From Alphaproteobacteria bacterium (GTDB taxonomy: Bacteria > Pseudomonadota > Alphaproteobacteria > UBA2966), in the NCBI GenBank assembly GCA_964291395.2, contig OZ219856.1, positions 256,001 to 320,000 of the forward strand: a DNA stretch of 64,000 nucleotides. The letters run 5' to 3'. Below are positions 1 through 10,872 of this stretch, one piece after another. The position numbers were made by a program, and so were the translations under genes. How positions within the stretch are numbered: position 1 is the first letter of the stretch; each line of letters starts with the position of its first letter. Under the pieces are notes generated by a model. That model saw only the letters and a program-made list of their open reading frames with translations. It was not told where the DNA came from and made no database searches.

Positions 1-352
1 TGGCCAGAAGGAGCACCGTTGCGCGTTCCACCTTGTCGCAGGGAGCCATGCTCGACGCGTAGCGCATCGACGGCGATTCGTCGCGCCATAGCCAGACGCT
101 CTGTGCGGCTTCCCATTCGTGCTCCCGTACGAAGACACGCTCGGACTTGGCCGACTGGCGCCAATCGATCTTCGATGCAGGGTCGCCAGGCTGGTACTGG
201 CGAAACTGCCAGAACGTTTCGCCGACACCGACGCGTCTCCGCCCGTGAACGCCCTGAGCGACCGTGGCCGCGACCCGGTCCGCCGCGACCAGGAGCGGCG
301 GCAGGATGGCGGCCAGTTGCTCTGCGCGCTGGCGGGTTGCGGCGGCCTGCAT
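1..352 (-). CDS. DUF58 family protein (MoxR-associated), 3' part outside window
   Basis: Manual translation from ATG at 352: MQAAATRQRAEQLAAILPPLLVAA...GVHGRRRVGVGETFWQFRQYQPGD...IDWRQSAK; follows moxR. Confidence 0.85.
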   Translation of the reverse strand, partial: MQAAATRQRAEQLAAILPPLLVAADRVAATVAQGVHGRRRVGVGETFWQFRQYQPGDPASKIDWRQSAKSERVFVREHEWEAAQSVWLWRDESPSMRYASSMAPCDKVERATVLLLA

Positions 353-365
353 GCGCTACTCCGGC

Positions 366-1382
<1,017 letters not shown>

Positions 1383-1417
1383 GCCATTCTCCACGACAAT
1401 GCGGACGCATCCTCGGC

Positions 1418-2029
1418 ATGGCAAAGCGCAAGAAAACTCCGGCTCCCGACCCTGCCGCCTTGGCAAAGGCGTTGAGCGGTTACGGGACGGGCGGAACCTC
1501 GGATATCGGGGTTGGCCGTCCCGTGCCCGTTTTGCGCGGCGATATCGACATGCGGATCGCCCGCGATGGAACGTGGTTTTATCATGGTTCTCCGATCACC
1601 CGCAAACCGTTGGTCAAGCTGTTCTCCACGGTTCTCGTACGTGACTCCGACGATGAATATTACCTGGTTACGCCGGTTGAGAAGTGCCAGATAACGGTGG
1701 ATGACGCCCCTTTCGTAGCGGTCGAACTGAGCGTGCGGGGCGGCGGTCGGAATCAGTCGTTGACGCTCCGTACCAATGTCGACGATCGAGTCACCGTGAG
1801 TGACTCGCATCCGGTCCGCGTGACGTTCGATCCGGAGACGGCGGAACCGTCGCCTTATGTGCTTGTCAGGGATCGGCTGGAGGCCCTGATATCGAGACCG
1901 GTGTACTACGAACTCGCCGACATAGGGTGTGAGGAAGAGGTCGAGGGCGACCTCCTCTTCGGCGTATGGAGCGAAGGAGGGTTCTTCCCTCTTGGGCGGC
2001 TGGATGACAAGGCCGCTGCCGATGCGTGA
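1418..2029 (+). CDS. DUF1285 family protein
   Basis: IDMRIARDGTWFYHGSPI...YYLVTPVEK...VDDAPF...RTNVDD motifs. Confidence 0.85.
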   Translation: MAKRKKTPAPDPAALAKALSGYGTGGTSDIGVGRPVPVLRGDIDMRIARDGTWFYHGSPITRKPLVKLFSTVLVRDSDDEYYLVTPVEKCQITVDDAPFVAVELSVRGGGRNQSLTLRTNVDDRVTVSDSHPVRVTFDPETAEPSPYVLVRDRLEALISRPVYYELADIGCEEEVEGDLLFGVWSEGGFFPLGRLDDKAAADA

Positions 2030-2642
2030 GCTGCGCGCGAAGCTGCGGGATCGTCTGCACGACGTCGCGCTTTCGCCGTCGAAAGAGCCGGCCCGAGGAG
2101 ATTTCGACCTCAATCCGGAATGGCGGGAGCGGCTGGCGCCCGCCGAGCTCACGCCCGCGGCGGTGCTCGTTCCCATCGTGGGCCGGATTGGCGGACCCGC
2201 CGTCCTCTTTACGCAGCGGACGTCTCATCTGAATGCCCATGCGGGGCAGGTCAGTTTTCCGGGCGGTCGCCTGGAACCGCATGACGGGGGTCCGATTGCG
2301 GCGGCGCTCCGCGAATCGGAGGAGGAGATCGGGTTGGGCCCTGAACATGTCGACGTCGTGGGCCTCCTGGGCACCTACCAGACGGGGACCAACTACATCG
2401 TTACGCCGGTGGTCGGAATGGTCAGCCCGAACTTCGTACCGGAGCTTGATGAATTCGAGGTGGCGGAGCTGTTCGAGGTGCCGCTCGATCACCTGCTCGA
2501 CCGATCGAACTTCGTTCGCGAAAGCCGCGACGTGGGCGAATTCACCCGCGTGTTCTATGCCGTGTACTACGAGGGGTGGCGTATCTGGGGGGCGACGGCC
2601 GGCATGCTGCTCGATCTGGTGGAGAGGATGGACGGCGAATGA
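2022..2642 (+). CDS. CoA pyrophosphatase (NUDIX, NudL-like)
   Basis: AAVLVP, HAGQVSFPGG, ALRESEEEIG Nudix box, IWGATAGML. Confidence 0.92.
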   Translation: MRELRAKLRDRLHDVALSPSKEPARGDFDLNPEWRERLAPAELTPAAVLVPIVGRIGGPAVLFTQRTSHLNAHAGQVSFPGGRLEPHDGGPIAAALRESEEEIGLGPEHVDVVGLLGTYQTGTNYIVTPVVGMVSPNFVPELDEFEVAELFEVPLDHLLDRSNFVRESRDVGEFTRVFYAVYYEGWRIWGATAGMLLDLVERMDGE

Positions 2643-2905
2643 TCTTCAAAGTTCTCAAGTATGCGATCCCGCTGCTTCTGCCCTTCGTCCTCTATTTCCT
2701 GTGGACGTTCATCGAGCAGCGCCGCAAGGCGGCAGGCGGTTGGGAAGCGAAGGATGCCCCTTGGGTCTGGTTGACGATGACGGGACTCGCGCTGCTCATC
2801 ATCTCACTGTTCGTGACGGGCCTGGTGATCGGCTCCGAGCCGGGCGGCACTTACGTCCCGCCGCATGTCGAGGACGGCCGGGTCGTTCCCGGACGGGTGG
2901 AATGA
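2639..2905 (+). CDS. small membrane protein (DUF6111-like)
   Basis: Two hydrophobic segments, C-terminal GTYVPPHVEDGRVVPG; ATGA overlap with NUDIX gene. Confidence 0.7.
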   Translation: MIFKVLKYAIPLLLPFVLYFLWTFIEQRRKAAGGWEAKDAPWVWLTMTGLALLIISLFVTGLVIGSEPGGTYVPPHVEDGRVVPGRVE

Positions 2906-2914
2906 GTGTGACCC

Positions 2915-4147
2915 GTGCCGCGGCCTGCACGCCTCGACCCCCAGTCCTGGATGACGGCAGATGAAACGCGGGCCGTCATTGCCGCGCTCTCCGCCGCCGG
3001 CGCCACGGTGCGTTTCGTCGGCGGCTGCGTGCGCGACGCGCTGATCGGCCGGCCCGTCAAGGACATCGACATTGCGACTCCCGATCCGCCGGACCGGGTC
3101 ATCGAGCTGCTCGGGGCGGCGGACATCAAGGCGGTCCCCACGGGCATCGGCCACGGCACTGTAACCGCGGTCTTTCCACCGCGGCGTTTCGAGGTCACGA
3201 CGCTGCGGGTGGATACGGAAACCTTCGGCCGGCATGCACGCGTCGAATTTTCCGCGGACTGGGACGCGGATGCGGCGCGGCGGGATTTCACCATCAACGC
3301 CATCTATTGCGGAGCCGACGGCGACCTCTTCGACCCCACTGGCGGCATCGCCGATCTCGGCGCCAAGATCGTTCGGTTCGTGGGCGATCCGGACACGCGG
3401 ATCAAGGAGGACTTCCTGCGCATATTGCGGTTCTTCCGCTTCATCGCGTTCTACGGTGCGCTGCCGGCGGACTCCGATGGTCTGATGGCATGCCGAGCCA
3501 ACGCCGAGTCCCTGGCCACCCTGTCGGGTGAGCGCGTCGCGGGCGAGATTCTGCGTCTGCTCGAGTCACGGGATGCCGCCGCGGTGTTGCATGTCATGCG
3601 GGAAAACGGCGTGCTCCAACCGATTCTTCCCGAGCTGTCGAACATCGCACGAGTCGGCCGGCTGATCGCCGTCGATGCGGACGATCCGGATCCATTGCGG
3701 CGCCTCCTGGCCGGATTGGCGGTGGATGGGCGGGGCGTTCATGCCCTGGCCAACCGATTGCGGCTGTCCAACGCCGAACGCGAACGCCTGGTGGCCGCCG
3801 AAGCCCACGTCGGCGAGGCGATGGGAGCACTCGATGCGCGAGGCCGCCGCCGGCTTCTGTACCGGCTGGGCCGCAAGACCTTTGTGGATCTCGCTTACCT
3901 GGGCTGGTCCCGGGACCCCGCGCGGAAAAACGCCTGGCGCCGGCATCTCCGCGCCGCCCGGGACTGGGTCGCGCCGGCCCTTCCCGTCGGCGGGTCCGAC
4001 GTATTGGCGCTGGGCGTGCCGCGCGGGCCTGCGGTGGGGCAGCTCCTGAACGAGGTGGAGCGCTGGTGGATCCGCGGCGATTTCAAGGCTGATCGTGAGA
4101 AGTGCCTGCGCAAGTTGCGCCGGGTCGCGGCGGCCAGGTCATGGTAG
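2915..4147 (+). CDS. cca: CCA tRNA nucleotidyltransferase / poly(A) polymerase family
   Basis: FVGGCVRD, DIDIAT, EVTTLR, DAARRDFTINA, EDFLRILRFFRF. Confidence 0.9.
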   Translation: MPRPARLDPQSWMTADETRAVIAALSAAGATVRFVGGCVRDALIGRPVKDIDIATPDPPDRVIELLGAADIKAVPTGIGHGTVTAVFPPRRFEVTTLRVDTETFGRHARVEFSADWDADAARRDFTINAIYCGADGDLFDPTGGIADLGAKIVRFVGDPDTRIKEDFLRILRFFRFIAFYGALPADSDGLMACRANAESLATLSGERVAGEILRLLESRDAAAVLHVMRENGVLQPILPELSNIARVGRLIAVDADDPDPLRRLLAGLAVDGRGVHALANRLRLSNAERERLVAAEAHVGEAMGALDARGRRRLLYRLGRKTFVDLAYLGWSRDPARKNAWRRHLRAARDWVAPALPVGGSDVLALGVPRGPAVGQLLNEVERWWIRGDFKADREKCLRKLRRVAAARSW

Positions 4148-4295
4148 TCATCTGATGTTGACGACATGTTCACCGCACGGTCCGGACGCGCCGGCGCGAA
4201 CCGATGAAGGTTCTGATCGTGAATGAGGAAGTGTCCGCCTTTCGGCGGCAGCCTGACGTGCGCCGTATTGATCTCCATGGTCTTTTGAAGATCGC

Positions 4296-5576
4296 CTAGC
4301 TGCGGATGTGCCGGTCGACCCAGACCGCGTGGCGGAGCAGTGCGTCGTCGTCGAAACGGCGGGCGACGAGCTGCGCCCCCATCGGCAACCCCAAGGGGCC
4401 GGTAAACGCCGGGACGTTGAGCGCGGGCATATTCATGACGTGCCAGAGGAAGTTGAACGTCACCGGTCCGGTGTCGGAGTGGCCGACGTGGGCTTCGCCG
4501 ACGGCACTCGGGGTCAGGATGATATCCGTCCCGTCCATGAGCTCATGGATCAGGCTGCGCAACCGTTCGATCAGCCTCATGTCGTCCAGGTAGGTTTCGA
4601 GCGAGGTGGCCTCGCCGTCGGCAATCATGCTGCGCGCCTTGCCGGAAACGCCGTCGGGATGGGCGTATTTCTCGTGGGCCAGCGCACGCGCCATCTCGAA
4701 CACGATGATGCGCCATGTCACGGTGAGAAGGTCATTGAAGTCACCGGGCAGGTCGAGATCGGTAACGGTGGCACCGGCCTTGGCGAGGCGCGCGGCGGCA
4801 TCCTCCAGGTGATCGTGGGTGGCTTTGTCCGCCTCGTCCCACAGCGGCGTACGGCAGAAACCAATTCTTGGCGGAGACTCGGCTGCCTCCAACGGCACCG
4901 CATCGATCGCCATGAGTACGGCGCGGAACAGCGCGATATCGTCAAGCGAGCGTCCCATGACACCGAGCGTGTCGAACGTCTCCGCCAGATCGTGCACCCC
5001 GGCGAAGCTGAACAGGCCGAAGGTCGGCTTCAGGCCGTACACGCCGCAGTAAGCCGATGGCCGGATCATCGAGCCCGCCGTCTGCGTACCCATCGCCAGG
5101 GGGACTTGAAAGTCGGCCACCGCCGCGGCGGAGCCGCTCGACGAACCGCCCGGCGTATGTGCCGGATTGTGGGGATTGGCCGTGGGGCCGGGATGGCGGC
5201 CCGCGAATTCCGTGGTGACGGTCTTGCCCAGGACCACGCCGCCCGCCGCACGGGTCAGAGCGACACAGGCCGCATCCGCCTGGGGCACGAACCCTTCGTA
5301 AATCGGCGAGCCGTATCGCGTGGGCAGGTCCGCCGTATCGATGACATCCTTGAAGCCGACCGGGATCCCGTGGAGCGGTCCCGACACGGGGCCCGCATCC
5401 AGCACTCGGGCCTGCTCGAGCGCATACTCCGGATCGACGACCACCCAGGCCGCCACGTCGGCATCCCGCGCCTCGATGCGTTCGAGGCAGGCGCGTACCA
5501 AGGATTCGCTGGTGATCTCACCGGCGGCGATGCGTCGCGCCGCCTCGCTCGCCGTCAGTTCGTTGAGTGCCGTCAT
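4296..5576 (-). CDS. amidase signature family protein
   Basis: GPLHGIPVGFKD, TPGGSSSGSAAAV, GTQTAGS; start MTALNELTA at 5576. Confidence 0.92.
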   Translation of the reverse strand: MTALNELTASEAARRIAAGEITSESLVRACLERIEARDADVAAWVVVDPEYALEQARVLDAGPVSGPLHGIPVGFKDVIDTADLPTRYGSPIYEGFVPQADAACVALTRAAGGVVLGKTVTTEFAGRHPGPTANPHNPAHTPGGSSSGSAAAVADFQVPLAMGTQTAGSMIRPSAYCGVYGLKPTFGLFSFAGVHDLAETFDTLGVMGRSLDDIALFRAVLMAIDAVPLEAAESPPRIGFCRTPLWDEADKATHDHLEDAAARLAKAGATVTDLDLPGDFNDLLTVTWRIIVFEMARALAHEKYAHPDGVSGKARSMIADGEATSLETYLDDMRLIERLRSLIHELMDGTDIILTPSAVGEAHVGHSDTGPVTFNFLWHVMNMPALNVPAFTGPLGLPMGAQLVARRFDDDALLRHAVWVDRHIRS

Positions 5577-5686
5577 GCCATGGCCTTTCCTGGTTATCCG
5601 CGAGGGTCCGCCGGCGAAATCGTCGCTTCCACCAAACGGTTCTGCCGGAGAACCCTCGAAACCGCTGGGGAGGAAGTCGACCCGCG

Positions 5687-6634
5687 TCAGGCGCCTTCGG
5701 TCTTCTGCAGTGCCTTTTTCAGGCGCAGCAGCTTGGCGTCCCGCCGGCGAAACAGCTCGGCCGGAGACGTATCCCCGTAGTCGTAGAACCCCGCCCCCGC
5801 CATCACTCCCGTGCGGCCCGACTCGACCAGCTCGTCGAGCGTCCTGCTCCGCCCGGCCGGCTCCGGCGGCGTATAGGTCCGGTTGGCCAGAGCCCGCTGC
5901 GCCATTTCGAGGCCCGTGTAGTCCAACTTCTCCAACTGACCCCCGGCCGCGAGCCGCAACGCGAGGCCGTGGCGGATCGATCCGTCGATGTCCTCTGCCG
6001 TCGCCATACCTTCGTCGAGCAGCCGGAAGATCTCCAGGTTCATCGCCGCTTGCAGGCGGTTCGCGACGTAACCGGAGATGAAACGCTCGAAGACGATAGG
6101 GTGCTTGCCGCACCCGGCATAGAGGACGCGCATCGTTTCCATCACCTCGGGCGCCGTTTCCGGTCCGGGAGCCAGGTCGACGAGGTCGACGACATACGGG
6201 GGCGTGTACCAATGGGCGATGAGACTGCGCCCTTGGCGGTTCTTCGGCACGAGGGGAAAGACATCGAGGTGCGAGGTGTTGCTTGCGATGATGGCGTCCG
6301 CCTTCGCCGTGGCATCGATCTCGGCGAAGACGCCGCGCTTGATGTCCTTGTTCTCGGTCACGGCTTCCACGACCAGGTCCGCGTCGCGGACGGCGCCGGC
6401 GATATCGGTCACGACTTCCACGCGGCCCGCCGCCGCCTCCGCTTCCGCCGCGTCGACCGCGCCGGCTTCCGTCAGGGTCGCCAAGGCCGCGTCGATCAAC
6501 ACGGGCGCCCGCTCTCGTGCCGCCGGATCGGAGTCCTGCGCACGCACCCGGCACCCGCCCAGTGCGTGCACCAGCGCCAGTGCGTGGCCCATGAGACCCG
6601 CGCCGATCATCGCCACGGTTTCCGGGATCTTCAC
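5687..6634 (-). CDS. 3-hydroxyacyl-CoA dehydrogenase family protein
   Basis: IGAGLMG, VVEAVTEN, IASNTS, GYVANRLQ; GTG start overlaps upstream stop. Confidence 0.9.
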   Translation of the reverse strand: MKIPETVAMIGAGLMGHALALVHALGGCRVRAQDSDPAARERAPVLIDAALATLTEAGAVDAAEAEAAAGRVEVVTDIAGAVRDADLVVEAVTENKDIKRGVFAEIDATAKADAIIASNTSHLDVFPLVPKNRQGRSLIAHWYTPPYVVDLVDLAPGPETAPEVMETMRVLYAGCGKHPIVFERFISGYVANRLQAAMNLEIFRLLDEGMATAEDIDGSIRHGLALRLAAGGQLEKLDYTGLEMAQRALANRTYTPPEPAGRSRTLDELVESGRTGVMAGAGFYDYGDTSPAELFRRRDAKLLRLKKALQKTEGA

Positions 6635-7389
6635 GTCTCGTTGCCGGCGAGAAATCGTGCGATCAGGGGATTGAAGATCTCGGAGACTTCCAGATGGGCG
6701 TTGTGGGCGCAGCCCGGGAGGATGCAGAGCTGCGCGCCGGGGATGCCGCGCCACAGCTCGTAGGAAAGTCCGGGGTGGGTCGAGCGGTCCGAATCGCCGC
6801 AGATGACCAGCGTCGGCATCTTGATCTCGGCGAGCCGGTCGCGGATGTCCCAGGGCGCGCTCGCGCGAATCATGCGGATGGCGCCGTCGCGGCTCGCGCC
6901 CGCGCCGGCCGCCTTGGTGAACTCGTACAAGGGGTGCTTCTCGCCGTCGACGAACCAGGTCGCGGCGATCCACGCCGACATCGCCTCGATGGACTCGGAC
7001 TCGATACGCGAGATCGTCGTTTCCCAGGTCTCGAATCGGTCGGGCAGGGTGCCCGACGGCGTGCTCCCGTACAGGATGAGCTTCTCGATGCGGTCCGGGT
7101 AGTCGAGCGCCGCCTGCAGGGCCGTCACCGAGCCCAGCGAATGACCGAGCAGCGCGAACCGCTCGACGCCGAGGCCGGTCACCGTGTCCACCAGGGCCTC
7201 GGCGATCCCGCCGATGGTGTCGGGGACGGGAATGTGGGCGCTGCCGGCGAAGCCGGGCAGGTCCGTCGCGATCACCTCATGGTTTCGGGCGAGATGCGCG
7301 CTCAGCGGGGCGAAGTACTCGCCGCCACCGACGAAACCGTGCTGCAGGACCACCGTTTTTCCAGAGCCGAAGCGCCGATAGTTCAACAT
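6631..7389 (-). CDS. alpha/beta fold hydrolase
   Basis: LQHGF, DLPGFAGS, GHSLG nucleophile elbow, C-terminal AHNAH. Confidence 0.9.
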   Translation of the reverse strand: MLNYRRFGSGKTVVLQHGFVGGGEYFAPLSAHLARNHEVIATDLPGFAGSAHIPVPDTIGGIAEALVDTVTGLGVERFALLGHSLGSVTALQAALDYPDRIEKLILYGSTPSGTLPDRFETWETTISRIESESIEAMSAWIAATWFVDGEKHPLYEFTKAAGAGASRDGAIRMIRASAPWDIRDRLAEIKMPTLVICGDSDRSTHPGLSYELWRGIPGAQLCILPGCAHNAHLEVSEIFNPLIARFLAGNET

Positions 7390-7548
7390 GGAGACTTTCC
7401 GTTCTCGCGTGGCGGCGACGGCAGTCTACACGCCCTGGCGATGGGGATGGTGTACATCTCCAAATTGCCGAATTTCGTGCGAGTCGTGGGGATTCGGTGG
7501 GGTTGCCCCGCAGAGAAACTGCGGATGCGACATGACCCCCGGAATACC

Positions 7549-7625
7549 TGGTCGGGGAGAGAGGATTTGAACCTCCGGCCCCCACGTCCCGAACGTGGTG
7601 CTCTGCCAGGCTGAGCTACTCCCCG
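7549..7625 (-). tRNA. tRNA-Pro (anticodon CGG)
   Basis: Reverse complement CGGGGAGTAGCTCAGCCTGGCAGAGCACCACGTTCGGGACGTGGGGGCCGGAGGTTCAAATCCTCTCTCCCCGACCA: cloverleaf, CCACG/CGTGG anticodon stem, T-loop, encoded CCA. Confidence 0.97.
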
Positions 7626-7636
7626 AGAAGGGCGAA

Positions 7637-7665
7637 CTTATAGCGCCGGGTGGGATGGGGGGCAA
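7637..7665 (-). promoter_or_regulatory. putative sigma70 promoter of tRNA-Pro
   Basis: TTGCCC-17 nt-TATAAG on minus strand, ending 11 nt upstream of the tRNA. Confidence 0.55.
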
Positions 7666-7691
7666 GGAGCGGGGTCGGGGCGCGACCGCCG

Positions 7692-8714
7692 TCAATGCGC
7701 CCGGTCGACGCAGAAATCGACGACGTCGAGCAAGGTCCGCTTGATCTCGCTTTCGGCGAAGATTCCGAGGGCGTCCCGGGCCATGGCGCCGTAATGCCGC
7801 GCGCGCTCGATGGTGTCGGTGAGGGCGTCGTGCGCCGCGAGATACGCCATCGCCCGTTCGAGGTCGGCGTCGGTCTGCTCGCCGTCCTCCAGAGTCCGCT
7901 TCCAGAAGGCGCGCTCCGTGTCGTTGCCGCGGCGGAAGGCAAGCACGATGGGGAGCGTGATCTTGCCCTCGCGGAAGTCGTCTCCCACGGCCTTGCCCAG
8001 CGTCGCCTCGTGGGCGGAATAGTCGAGCACGTCGTCCGTGAGCTGGAAGGCGATGCCGAGGTTGCGGCCGAAGGACTCGAGCGCCTCTTCCTCCGCCCGC
8101 GGCCGGTCGGCCACCACGGCGCCGACCCGCGCCGCGGCCGCGAAGAGGGCCGCGGTCTTGGCCGAGATCACCTCGAGGTACGCGTCCTCGGTGGTCGCCG
8201 TGTCGTTGGTGGTGAGCAGCTGCAGCACCTCTCCTTCGGCGATCACGGCGGACGCCGAGGCGAGGATGTCGAGCACCCGGAGCGAGCCGTCCTCGACCAT
8301 GAGCTGGAAGGCCCGGCTGAACAGGAAATCCCCTACCAGGACGCTGGCCTGGTTGCCCCACACGGCGTTGGCCGTGGCGTTGCCGCGGCGCAGGTCGCTC
8401 TCGTCGACCACGTCGTCGTGCAGAAGCGTCGCGGTGTGGATGAATTCGACGCAGGCCGCCAGCTTCACGTGGCGCAGGCCGGGGTAGCCGCACATGCGGG
8501 CACAGGCGAGCGTGATCAGCGGGCGGAGGCGTTTGCCGCCGGCGGCGATGATGTGGCCGGCAAGCTCGGGGATCAGCGGCACGCGGCTGTGCATGCGCGC
8601 GAGGATGACCTTGTTGACCTCGGCGAGATCCTCGCCCACAAGGGTCTTCAGATTGTCGAAGGCCCGCCGCGACGGCGGATCAGGCTGTTGCGCCAGAGAG
8701 ACGACTGTGGCCAC
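7692..8714 (-). CDS. ispB: long-chain polyprenyl diphosphate synthase (IspB/DdsA-like)
   Basis: GGKRLRP, HTATLLHDDVVD, FQLTDDVLDY, DDFREGKITLP. Confidence 0.92.
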   Translation of the reverse strand: MATVVSLAQQPDPPSRRAFDNLKTLVGEDLAEVNKVILARMHSRVPLIPELAGHIIAAGGKRLRPLITLACARMCGYPGLRHVKLAACVEFIHTATLLHDDVVDESDLRRGNATANAVWGNQASVLVGDFLFSRAFQLMVEDGSLRVLDILASASAVIAEGEVLQLLTTNDTATTEDAYLEVISAKTAALFAAAARVGAVVADRPRAEEEALESFGRNLGIAFQLTDDVLDYSAHEATLGKAVGDDFREGKITLPIVLAFRRGNDTERAFWKRTLEDGEQTDADLERAMAYLAAHDALTDTIERARHYGAMARDALGIFAESEIKRTLLDVVDFCVDRAH

Positions 8715-8791
8715 GACCGGCTCCGTGCTTGACCTTGTTCGGAAGCGCGGGCGAGCATAGTGACGCGCCTCTCCAACGGCAACCCGGCCCC

Positions 8792-9019
8792 ATGATCGAG
8801 CTGCTGCGAACCAACGACCCGGTGCTGATCTCGTGGCTGCGCGCCCTCCTGGCGGACGACGGGATCGAGGCCATCATTCTCGACTCCCACATGTCCGTGA
8901 TGGAAGGCAGCATCTCAGCCATCCCGCGCCGGGTCATGGTGCGCGACGAGCACGCCGCCCGCGCCCGCCGGCTGCTCGACGCCGCCGGCATAGACCATGA
9001 CCAATCGGGCATCGTCTGA
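8792..9019 (+). CDS. DUF2007 family protein
   Basis: MIELLRTNDPVLIS...LDSHMSVMEGSISAIPRRVMV. Confidence 0.85.
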   Translation: MIELLRTNDPVLISWLRALLADDGIEAIILDSHMSVMEGSISAIPRRVMVRDEHAARARRLLDAAGIDHDQSGIV

Positions 9020-9764
9020 GCTCGCCGGCGGCGGGACCACGGAGGACGCGCTGCTCGGGGGGCAAATCCGCCTCCGCCAGCCGGCGGACGGCTATCGCGT
9101 GGCCGTCGATCCGGTCCTGCTCGCGTCGGCCGTTCCCGCGACGGCGGGCAAGACGGTCCTCGATGCCGGCGCTGGAACCGGCGCGGCGGCGCTGTGTCTC
9201 GCCCACAGGGTCGCCGCGTGCCGGGTAACGGGTCTCGAGATTCAGCCGGCCCTTGCGGCCCTGGCGGTCGAGAACGCCGTGCTGAACGGTTTGTCGGATG
9301 CCGTGGGGGTGCTCGAGGGCGACGTCTCGGCGCCGCCGCCCGGCATCGGGCCGGCCGGGTTCGATCACGTGATGACCAATCCGCCCTATCTCCGGGCGTC
9401 GGAGTCCCGGCTTCCGCCATCGACGATGAAGGCCATCGCGACCGTCGAGCGGGATGTCGACCTCGCGTCCTGGCTGCGTATCTGCGCGGGCGTGGTCAGG
9501 CCGCGGGGAACCGTCACGGTCATTCACCGGGCCGATCGTCTGGACGAGATCGTGCCGGTCCTGAGCGAGTCGTGCGGGGAGCTGGTCGTGTTCCCCCTCT
9601 GGCCCAAGAGGGGCGAGGACGCCCGGCGCATGATCGTGCGCGGCACGGTGGGTTCCGAGACACCGCTTCGGATCGCTGCCGGCCTCGTGCTCCATGAACG
9701 CCACGGCGCGTTTACGCGCGAAGCGGACGCCATCCTCCGCCACGGCGCCCCGCTGGAGCCCTAG
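8997..9764 (+). CDS. tRNA1(Val) A37 N6-methyltransferase-like SAM methyltransferase
   Basis: LRQPADGYR, VLDAGAGTG, NPPY motif IV. Confidence 0.85.
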   Translation: MTNRASSELAGGGTTEDALLGGQIRLRQPADGYRVAVDPVLLASAVPATAGKTVLDAGAGTGAAALCLAHRVAACRVTGLEIQPALAALAVENAVLNGLSDAVGVLEGDVSAPPPGIGPAGFDHVMTNPPYLRASESRLPPSTMKAIATVERDVDLASWLRICAGVVRPRGTVTVIHRADRLDEIVPVLSESCGELVVFPLWPKRGEDARRMIVRGTVGSETPLRIAAGLVLHERHGAFTREADAILRHGAPLEP

Positions 9765-9851
9765 TTCGAAAACCCGGTCGGTGCGGGAACGGTGCCGCGA
9801 GGCCCCGCGCGGATTTCCATCGCGCCGATATCGCACTACATTTGGACCGCA

Positions 9852-10742
9852 ATGACCGACACCCCGTTCGCATCGATGCCCAAGCGGTTGATCGGCCGCG
9901 CCATGCGGCGCGCGCCCGTGGTCGCCGTGCTGCGCCTCTCGGGCGTGATCTCCGCGCCGTCACGCATTCATTCCGGCCTCAATCTCGGCGCACTCGCCCC
10001 GCACATCGAGGCTGCGTTCCGCCAGCGGCGCCTGCGGGCCGTGGCCCTGGTGGTCAATTCGCCCGGCGGCGCGGCGGCCCAATCCAGCCTCATCGCCCGG
10101 CGGATACGGTCCCTCGCCGCGGAGAAGGAGGTTCCCGTCTTCGCCTTCGTCGAGGACGTCGCCGCATCGGGCGGCTACTGGCTCGCGTGCGCCGCCGACG
10201 AGATCTATGCCGACGAAAGCTCGATCGTGGGGTCGATCGGCGTGATCGCCTCCGGCTTCGGGTTCGTCGAGATGATGGCGAAGCTCGGCGTCGAACGGCG
10301 GCTGCACACTCAGGGCGACAAGAAGGCGCTGCTCGATCCCTTCATCCCGGAAGCCCCGGCGGACGTGCGGCGCCTGGCCGCGCTGCAGAAAGACATCTTC
10401 GAGTCCTTCAAGGACGTCGTGCGCGAACGCCGCGGCGGCAAGCTCACGCTCGGCGAACGCCAGGCCTTCTCGGGCGAGATCTGGACCGGGCGCAAGGCCC
10501 TCGAGCACGGACTGATCGACGGGATCGGCGATCTGCGCACGGTGATGCGCGAGCGTTATGGCGAGGACGTCCGTTTCAAGGTGCTGGGTCGGGAGCCGGG
10601 CCTGTTGAGCCGCGTCCTGCGCCGGCGTTTCGGCGGCACCGCCGTCGCGGCGCGCGGGTCGCCCCCGGTGCCCGGGAACTGGGCCGACCAGCTCATCTCG
10701 GCGCTGGAGGCGCGGGCGCTCTGGTCCCGCTTCGGTTTGTGA
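9852..10742 (+). CDS. S49 family peptidase (SppA/SohB-like)
   Basis: VNSPGG, EDVAASGGYWLA, SIVGSIGV. Confidence 0.92.
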   Translation: MTDTPFASMPKRLIGRAMRRAPVVAVLRLSGVISAPSRIHSGLNLGALAPHIEAAFRQRRLRAVALVVNSPGGAAAQSSLIARRIRSLAAEKEVPVFAFVEDVAASGGYWLACAADEIYADESSIVGSIGVIASGFGFVEMMAKLGVERRLHTQGDKKALLDPFIPEAPADVRRLAALQKDIFESFKDVVRERRGGKLTLGERQAFSGEIWTGRKALEHGLIDGIGDLRTVMRERYGEDVRFKVLGREPGLLSRVLRRRFGGTAVAARGSPPVPGNWADQLISALEARALWSRFGL

Positions 10743-10748
10743 TGTCCA

Positions 10749-10843
10749 CCCCCTCCAGACCTCCCCTCGGTCAGAGGGGAGGAGAGCAAGGCCGATCCGC
10801 AAGGAGTCCCTTTCCCCGGCAAGGAGAGGGACGGGGCGAGGGT
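10749..10843. repeat. REP-like palindromic doublet
   Basis: ctcccctc-ggtca-gaggggag hairpin plus an oppositely oriented tccctttccc...gagagggacggggcgaggg unit. Confidence 0.55.
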
Positions 10844-10872
10844 GGAAGGCGATACTTGCAAGCGGAAATCCC

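Noticed and set aside
4148-4295. Possible attR copy of tRNA-Pro or small ORF
   Set aside because: No match to the tRNA 3' end; ORF 3895-4278 overlaps cca and has no motif
5601-5658. Imperfect intergenic inverted repeat as a riboswitch or sRNA
   Set aside because: Pairing is weak for this GC content and there is no recognisable aptamer
4296-6554. Apparent 752-aa amidase with long N-terminal extension
   Set aside because: The extension is an Arg/Gly-rich off-frame read of the upstream dehydrogenase; RBS and start at 5576 fit
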